A stretch of 63,185 nt of DNA from Kofleriaceae bacterium (GTDB taxonomy: Bacteria; Myxococcota_A; Polyangia; Haliangiales; Haliangiaceae), in contig JBKJUF010000048.1 of the NCBI GenBank assembly GCA_046590445.1, positions 1-63,185 on the forward strand. The letters run 5' to 3'. Position 1 is the first letter of the stretch, and every line of letters starts with the position of its first letter. The position numbers and the translations under genes were made by a program. The notes beneath the pieces were generated by a model. The model saw only the letters and a program-made list of their open reading frames with translations. It had not been told where the DNA came from and searched no databases. Positions 55,088 through 63,185 of this stretch are shown in pieces.

Positions 55088-55831
55088 CTATGGGACGATC
55101 AACGTCGTGGTTAGCGCACCGTCGAACACCTTGACGGTGTGCGACGCGAACGTCGAGCCGGTCTTGGTGGCGCTGATCGCGATCGCACCGGGTGCCGCGT
55201 TCAGCATGTAACCGATGCCGTCCGCCGCGGTTGCCGTGGCGCTGCTGCTCGGCAGGCCGTTGGAGCCGTTGTACTTGTACGTTGCCGCGGGCGTGCTCGA
55301 GATCGTGGCGCCGGCAACCGGCATCGTCACCGCATCGGTGACGACCAGCGCGACCGTGCCCTTACTCGCCTGCTGCCCGGTCGCGGTCAGCGCGTAGAGA
55401 TTGCCGTAGTTGGCGGTCGTCAGCATGTTCATCGGCAGCATCGCCATGTCCGCGGTGATCGGCTTGGGCGCGTAGAGGTAGGTCACGACGAAGCCGGCCT
55501 TGGTCGCCTTGAGGAAGCCATCGAGGGCAACGCCGCCGGTCGGGACCGAGAGCGTGAACGTGCCGTTGGTGCCGGTCGTCGTCATCGCGAGCGGGGTTGC
55601 TTCGTCGGTGTTGCGGTACGCGGCGATCACGGCACCGGCGACCGGCTGCGCCCCGCCCGTCGTCCGCGAGGTCGCGGTCCCGGACAGCGTGATCATCGCG
55701 GGCGCGGGCGCGCCATCGACCGCGGCGTCGGCGGTGGCCGAGGTGTCGGTCGCGGCGTCGGTGCCACCGCCACCCCCACTGTCACCACCGCACGCAAACA
55801 AACCGAGGAGGAGCAGGGATCTGATGCGCAT
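55088..55831 (-). CDS. hypothetical lipoprotein (possible carboxypeptidase-regulatory-like beta-sandwich repeats)
   Basis: MRIRSLLLLGLFACGG provides the lipobox. The protein is Thr/Ala/Gly-rich and beta-type (GAVIAAYRNTDEATPLAMTTTGTNGTFTLSV). It lies 58 nt downstream of the 589-aa Hsp70 gene on the same strand. Confidence 0.65.
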   Translation of the reverse strand: MRIRSLLLLGLFACGGDSGGGGGTDAATDTSATADAAVDGAPAPAMITLSGTATSRTTGGAQPVAGAVIAAYRNTDEATPLAMTTTGTNGTFTLSVPTGGVALDGFLKATKAGFVVTYLYAPKPITADMAMLPMNMLTTANYGNLYALTATGQQASKGTVALVVTDAVTMPVAGATISSTPAATYKYNGSNGLPSSSATATAADGIGYMLNAAPGAIAISATKTGSTFASHTVKVFDGALTTTLIVP

Positions 55832-55889
55832 CCCACATCACTACATCAAAACGAGCCGACCCGGCGCGATCGATCGCACACCACCGCGA

Positions 55890-57655
<1,766 letters not shown>

Positions 57656-57659
<4 letters not shown>

Positions 57660-58267
57660 GCGGAGAGCTCCACCTCGGCGGGCGCGATCACCATTCGATC
57701 GACGCCCTCAGCGAGGCTCGGAAGCTTGGCGTCGACCACGCGCCAGCCATGGTGGCGAAGCGTGCCGCGATACGGTGCCTCGCCCTTGGCCTCGCCGATC
57801 AACCGGATCTCCGCCGGGTCGAAGCCCTTGGGCACCGAGACCTTCGCCTCCTCGGCGCCCGGCATCACCGGCTCGAGCGAGAGGTGCTGCTCGAGCACCT
57901 TCTTGCAGCCGCGATGAACGTCACGCGCGGCCGCACCGATGTCGGCATCGCTGTAGGTGTCGAGTGACTCGCGCAGGAAGTCGACGAGCCGCCCCTCGCG
58001 CTGGAGGAGGGCGAGCAGCGCGAGCGCGCCGTCCTTGTGGTGCTGCGCGGTCGAGATCTTCGCTGGCTTCTCGATGATCCTCTCGACCGTCACGGTCTTC
58101 TCGACCACGCGCTCGGGGAGCTGCTTGGGCCCAAGATGGAGCGAGCCAGCGAACGCTGGCGAGCGGGGCTCGGATCCTTCCGGCAAGAACTTCACGGCAT
58201 CCGCGGGGAGCCGCTTGCCGACCAGGATCCGGAAGAAGCACAGCCAGGCGAGAAAGAAGCGAGACAT
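57656..58267 (-). CDS. small membrane-anchored protein, DUF2760-like, translationally coupled to the Hsp70 gene
   Basis: ATG 58267 gives MSRFFLAWLCFFRILVGKRLP.... Its stop overlaps the Hsp70 ATG (ATGA at 57656-57659). Only the last 203 aa of the 651-aa track ORF are protein-like. The family call is from memory of the DUF2760 N-terminus and its usual gene context. Confidence 0.65.
58130..58168 (+). repeat. third copy of the 39-bp hairpin-core repeat, inside the DUF2760-like gene in antisense coding orientation
   Basis: 38 of 39 nt are identical to the 48744 unit, with the same ggg on the 5-prime side. On the minus strand it encodes RSPAFAGSLHLGP in frame. Confidence 0.85.
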
Positions 58268-58440
58268 CCGGGGCGGATCTAATGAGGGGCGAGGCAACGG
58301 CACAAGGAGGCGGCCGTAAAAACCACCCGGATCGGCAGGGTCCGCTCTCGAAAAACTGATGGCCCTTCGCGGGTATGGCTCGCAAGTCCCTGCCACCGCA
58401 CGGGGTGTCCCGTGGCGCAGCCCTTGCTCCAAGGTCAACC

Positions 58441-59457
58441 ATGCGTTGCCTAGCCCTTGTCGCGCTCTCCCTCGTTGCCGGTTGTGACCTCTATTTCTCG
58501 GACGGCGACGACCAGCCGCCGTGTGCGGCCTACGACCTCGCCCCCGCCCAGGAGCTTCGCAACCCACAGACCGGCATGTGCGAAGGCATCGGCTACCCCT
58601 GCGACGGAACCTGCGGACCCTGCGCTGCCGACGCGATCGCGCAGCCCGACTGGGGCACCTGCTACAGCATGTGCGAGCAGCTCTCCGAGGACAGCTGCAT
58701 GGTGACCGCCGGTTGCCGCGTCGCCTACCGCGACTTCCCGACCCAGGACCGCCAGCCCGAGTTCCTCGGTTGCTGGGCGACCGCACCCTCCGGGCCGATC
58801 CAGGGCGGCGGCTGCTCGAACCTCGACGCGCAGGCCTGCTCGCGCCACGACGACTGCGCCGCGTACTACGTCGAGCAGACCAACGGGCTCGTCGGTAACG
58901 AGTTTGCGATGGAGTTCTGGGCGTGCGGTCCCGAGCCGATCGGCGCGGCCTGCGCGAGCGACCAGGAGTGCGGCCCGAACCAGCGCTGCACCGCCGGTGA
59001 AGAGGAGTGCAACAGCCCACCCGGTTGCGGCAACGGCCAGGCGTGCCCGGCGGTCTGCTACGGCCACTGCGTCCCCGACAACAGCTGCGCCAACATCGAC
59101 TGCGGTCCGGGCGCCCACTGCGAGCAGCAGTGCCACCCCTGCACCGGCACCAGCGGCCCGTGCGATCCGCAGTGCCAGCCGATGTGCGTGCCCGATACCA
59201 ACGGCTGTCTCGCCGCCGATTGCGCCCCCGGCTACGAGTGCGTCGAGGTCTGCACCGACGGCATGGCCGGTAACCCGAACTGCGGCGAATGCACGATCCA
59301 ATGCGTGCCGAGCACCGCCTGCGAGGCCCTCCAGACCGAAGCCGCCTGTACGGGACGCGCCGATTGCACCCCCGTCTACCAGGGCGACGACTGCACCTGC
59401 TATCCGGGCTACTGCGAGTGCAACGTGCTGACTTACGACCGCTGCCAGACGAACTAG
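58441..59457 (+). CDS. cysteine-rich secreted lipoprotein
   Basis: ATG 58441 gives MRCLALVALSLVAGC with a lipobox. More than 40 Cys occur in repeated C-x-PG-x-x-C/C-x-x-C patterns (CGPGAHCEQQCHPC, CAPGYECVEVC). Confidence 0.7.
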   Translation: MRCLALVALSLVAGCDLYFSDGDDQPPCAAYDLAPAQELRNPQTGMCEGIGYPCDGTCGPCAADAIAQPDWGTCYSMCEQLSEDSCMVTAGCRVAYRDFPTQDRQPEFLGCWATAPSGPIQGGGCSNLDAQACSRHDDCAAYYVEQTNGLVGNEFAMEFWACGPEPIGAACASDQECGPNQRCTAGEEECNSPPGCGNGQACPAVCYGHCVPDNSCANIDCGPGAHCEQQCHPCTGTSGPCDPQCQPMCVPDTNGCLAADCAPGYECVEVCTDGMAGNPNCGECTIQCVPSTACEALQTEAACTGRADCTPVYQGDDCTCYPGYCECNVLTYDRCQTN

Positions 59458-59513
59458 CGCAACGGTCAGGGGCTTTCACCGACTCTCTTTCGCTGGAATG
59501 GCGACCCAGGCGT

Positions 59514-61373
<1,860 letters not shown>

Positions 61374-61443
61374 CGATCGGCGTCGTCAGGATCGATCGAC
61401 ATCGCGCACGCGCGCGTGGTACCTGTGGAAAGAGCGGCGCTGC

Positions 61444-62574
61444 ATGGCACGCATCCTCATTCTCTGGAACCAGATCGACGACGATGTGTACGAGCACTAT
61501 CGTCGTGACGGTCGGCGCGCCCCCGACTGGGATCCGTCGCTCGAGGTCGAGCCGTGGGAGACCGTCGAGGAGGAGATGGTCCTGATCCAGCGCGCCCTCG
61601 AGGGCGGCGGTCACACCGTCAAGGTCGTCAACGTCCGCGATCAGTTCCACACGATGCTCGGTGCGCTCGACAGCGAGAAGCCCGACGTCGTGATGAACCT
61701 GGTCGAGTTCTTCCGCGACGACCCCGAGCAGGAGCACCACGTGCCGGCCGTGTTCGAGCTGCTCGGCCTCTCGTACACCGGCAACCGGCCGCTCGCGCTG
61801 TCGCTGTGTCAGAAGAAACCGCAGGCCAAGGCGCTGCTCCACGCCGCCGGCGTCCCGGTGCCGCGCGGCATCACGGTCGACGCGAACCACCCGGTCCCCG
61901 ATGATCACGGCCTGCGGTTCCCGCTGATCGTCAAGCCCGCGTTCGACGACGCCTCGGGCGGCATCGACTCCGGCTCGGTCGTCCACGACCGCAACTCGCT
62001 CGACAACCGCGTCGCCCAGCTGCTCCGCGAGAACCGGATGACCGCGCTCGTCGAGGAGTACATCGACGGCCGCGAGATCCACTGCGCGATCCTCGGCGAC
62101 AAGCCGCTGCCGCTCTACGAGATGGCGTTCAAGGGCGGCGTCGACGACCACGGCCGCGAGCTACCGCGCATCATCACCTACCGCGCGAAGTGGGATCCCT
62201 ACAGCCGCGATCACCACGCGGTCGAAGGCAAGTGCCCGGTCGAGGACCTCGAGCCCGAGATCGTCGAGCGCATCCAGACCGTCGCGCTTGCCGCGTACAC
62301 CGCGCTCGGTTGCCGCGACTACGCGCGCGTCGACATGCGACTCGACACCGCGACCGGCGAGTGCTTCGTCCTCGAGGTCAACCCGAACCCCGACCTCGCC
62401 GACTCCTGCGCGTTCGCCGCCTCCGCCGAGGCCTCCGGCCTCAGCTACGACCAGATGATCTGCGAGATCGTGAACCTCGCCGTCTCGCGCATCAACGCGC
62501 CCGTGCCCGCGCAGGCCGGCTTCGATCTGCTGCTTCGCGAGTACCAGGCGAAGAAAAAGCAGCAGAAGACCTAA
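61444..62574 (+). CDS. D-alanine--D-alanine ligase family ATP-grasp protein
   Basis: ATP-grasp and Ddl-like blocks are PLIVKPAFDDASGGI, EEYIDGREIHCAILG and DYARVDMRLD...FVLEVNPNPDL. Confidence 0.8.
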   Translation: MARILILWNQIDDDVYEHYRRDGRRAPDWDPSLEVEPWETVEEEMVLIQRALEGGGHTVKVVNVRDQFHTMLGALDSEKPDVVMNLVEFFRDDPEQEHHVPAVFELLGLSYTGNRPLALSLCQKKPQAKALLHAAGVPVPRGITVDANHPVPDDHGLRFPLIVKPAFDDASGGIDSGSVVHDRNSLDNRVAQLLRENRMTALVEEYIDGREIHCAILGDKPLPLYEMAFKGGVDDHGRELPRIITYRAKWDPYSRDHHAVEGKCPVEDLEPEIVERIQTVALAAYTALGCRDYARVDMRLDTATGECFVLEVNPNPDLADSCAFAASAEASGLSYDQMICEIVNLAVSRINAPVPAQAGFDLLLREYQAKKKQQKT

Positions 62575-62948
62575 GCGCTCGGCGCCGGTTCCCAGAGCTC
62601 GATCAGCGTCCCATCGGGATCGACGACGTAGCCGAACTTCCCGAACTCGCTGTCCTCGCGCCGATCGAGCACGCGCGCATCCTTCGCACGCAGCTGCGAG
62701 AGCAAGCCTTCGAGGTCATCGACCCGCAAGTTGAGCATCACCTCGCGCGTGCTCGGCTCGAAGTACTTGGTGTCGGCCGCGAACGCGTTCCACACCGCGT
62801 AGTGGGCGGCGTCGGTCGGCCGCGACCTCAGCACCGCGCCACCCCAGTCCTCGATGTCGACGCCGAGCACGTCGCGGTACCACGCCGCGAGCTTCGCCTT
62901 GTCGGGAGACTTGATGAAGAAACCGCCGATACCGAGCACCTTGGCCAT
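62571..62948 (-). CDS. VOC (glyoxalase/bleomycin-resistance) family protein
   Basis: The 125-aa protein has a beta-alpha-beta-beta-beta pattern and ends with GYVVDPDGTLIELWEP, typical of VOC proteins. Confidence 0.8.
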   Translation of the reverse strand: MAKVLGIGGFFIKSPDKAKLAAWYRDVLGVDIEDWGGAVLRSRPTDAAHYAVWNAFAADTKYFEPSTREVMLNLRVDDLEGLLSQLRAKDARVLDRREDSEFGKFGYVVDPDGTLIELWEPAPSA

Positions 62949-63052
62949 GCCCCGAACCTAGCCGCGTTGCCGCATCGTCGTCGAGCCGCGAACGTGACCG
63001 TGGCTGGCTTGACACCCCCACCCCCCATACGTCATCTATTAGGCCTTCACAT

Positions 63053-63127
63053 TCCGAAGTAGCTCAGTGGTAGAGCAGTCGGCTGTTAACCGACGGGTCG
63101 GGGGTTCGAAACCCTCCTTCGGAGCCA
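63053..63127 (+). tRNA. tRNA-Asn (anticodon GTT)
   Basis: A manual cloverleaf fits: acceptor TCCGAAG/CTTCGGA, D arm GCTCAGTGGTAGAGC, anticodon stem-loop GTCGG-CTGTTAA-CCGAC, T arm GGGGG-TTCGAAA-CCCTC, discriminator G and an encoded CCA. Confidence 0.9.
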
Positions 63128-63185
63128 GATAAAGAAGCGAAGCTTCCGCGGGTCGCCCCGATCCGCTTGCGAAAATTGCGCATCA

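Overview
This is a very GC-rich (roughly 70%) bacterial chromosomal window with dense coding on both strands. Several features point to Myxococcota: lipoproteins with Cys-containing C-terminal sorting tags of the MYXO-CTERM type, many vWA, Ser/Thr-kinase and PP2C signalling genes, and frequent GTG starts with 4-nt gene overlaps. Because of the GC content, the ORF track contains many long antisense or off-frame artefacts. I accepted only ORFs with recognisable motifs or clean signal peptides.

Main content, in order:
- A lipid kinase.
- A TtrBCA-ordered molybdopterin oxidoreductase operon (FeS, NrfD and Tat-exported catalytic subunits) with a TorD-like chaperone and an OprO/P-type porin.
- A thiolase, a GAF/fRMsr-like protein and a ComEA-like protein.
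- A heparinase II/III-like protein.
- Two tandem YfbK-like vWA lipoproteins.
- A complete Pho block, phoB-phoR-phoU-pstSCAB, transcribed divergently from a second OprP-like porin, with phased Pho-box-like heptamers between them.
- yhbY.
- Two tandem metzincin-like paralogues with a QExxHxxGxxH motif.
- pepP, a third vWA lipoprotein, ggt and an OmpA-like protein.
- A lower-GC parDE toxin-antitoxin islet.
- A signalling neighbourhood: a tandem-REC regulator, a PP2C phosphatase with a long extension flanked by two small coupled ORFs, and a PilZ-REC protein.
- A module of a small lipoprotein, a ferritin-like protein and a polytopic-GAF-SpoIIE-like protein.
- An LVIVD-type propeller lipoprotein.
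- A split cluster of two non-canonical Hsp70-like ATPases with a DUF2760-like small protein.
- A Cys-rich lipoprotein, a membrane Ser/Thr kinase, a Ddl-like ATP-grasp enzyme, a VOC protein and tRNA-Asn.

Most notable non-genic signals:
- A 39-bp hairpin-core repeat inserted in frame in two unrelated genes, in opposite coding orientations.
- A roughly 215-bp MITE-like palindrome with 11-bp flanking direct repeats at the pstB stop codon.
- A 9-bp VNTR inside a signal peptide.

No CRISPR array or rRNA was seen.
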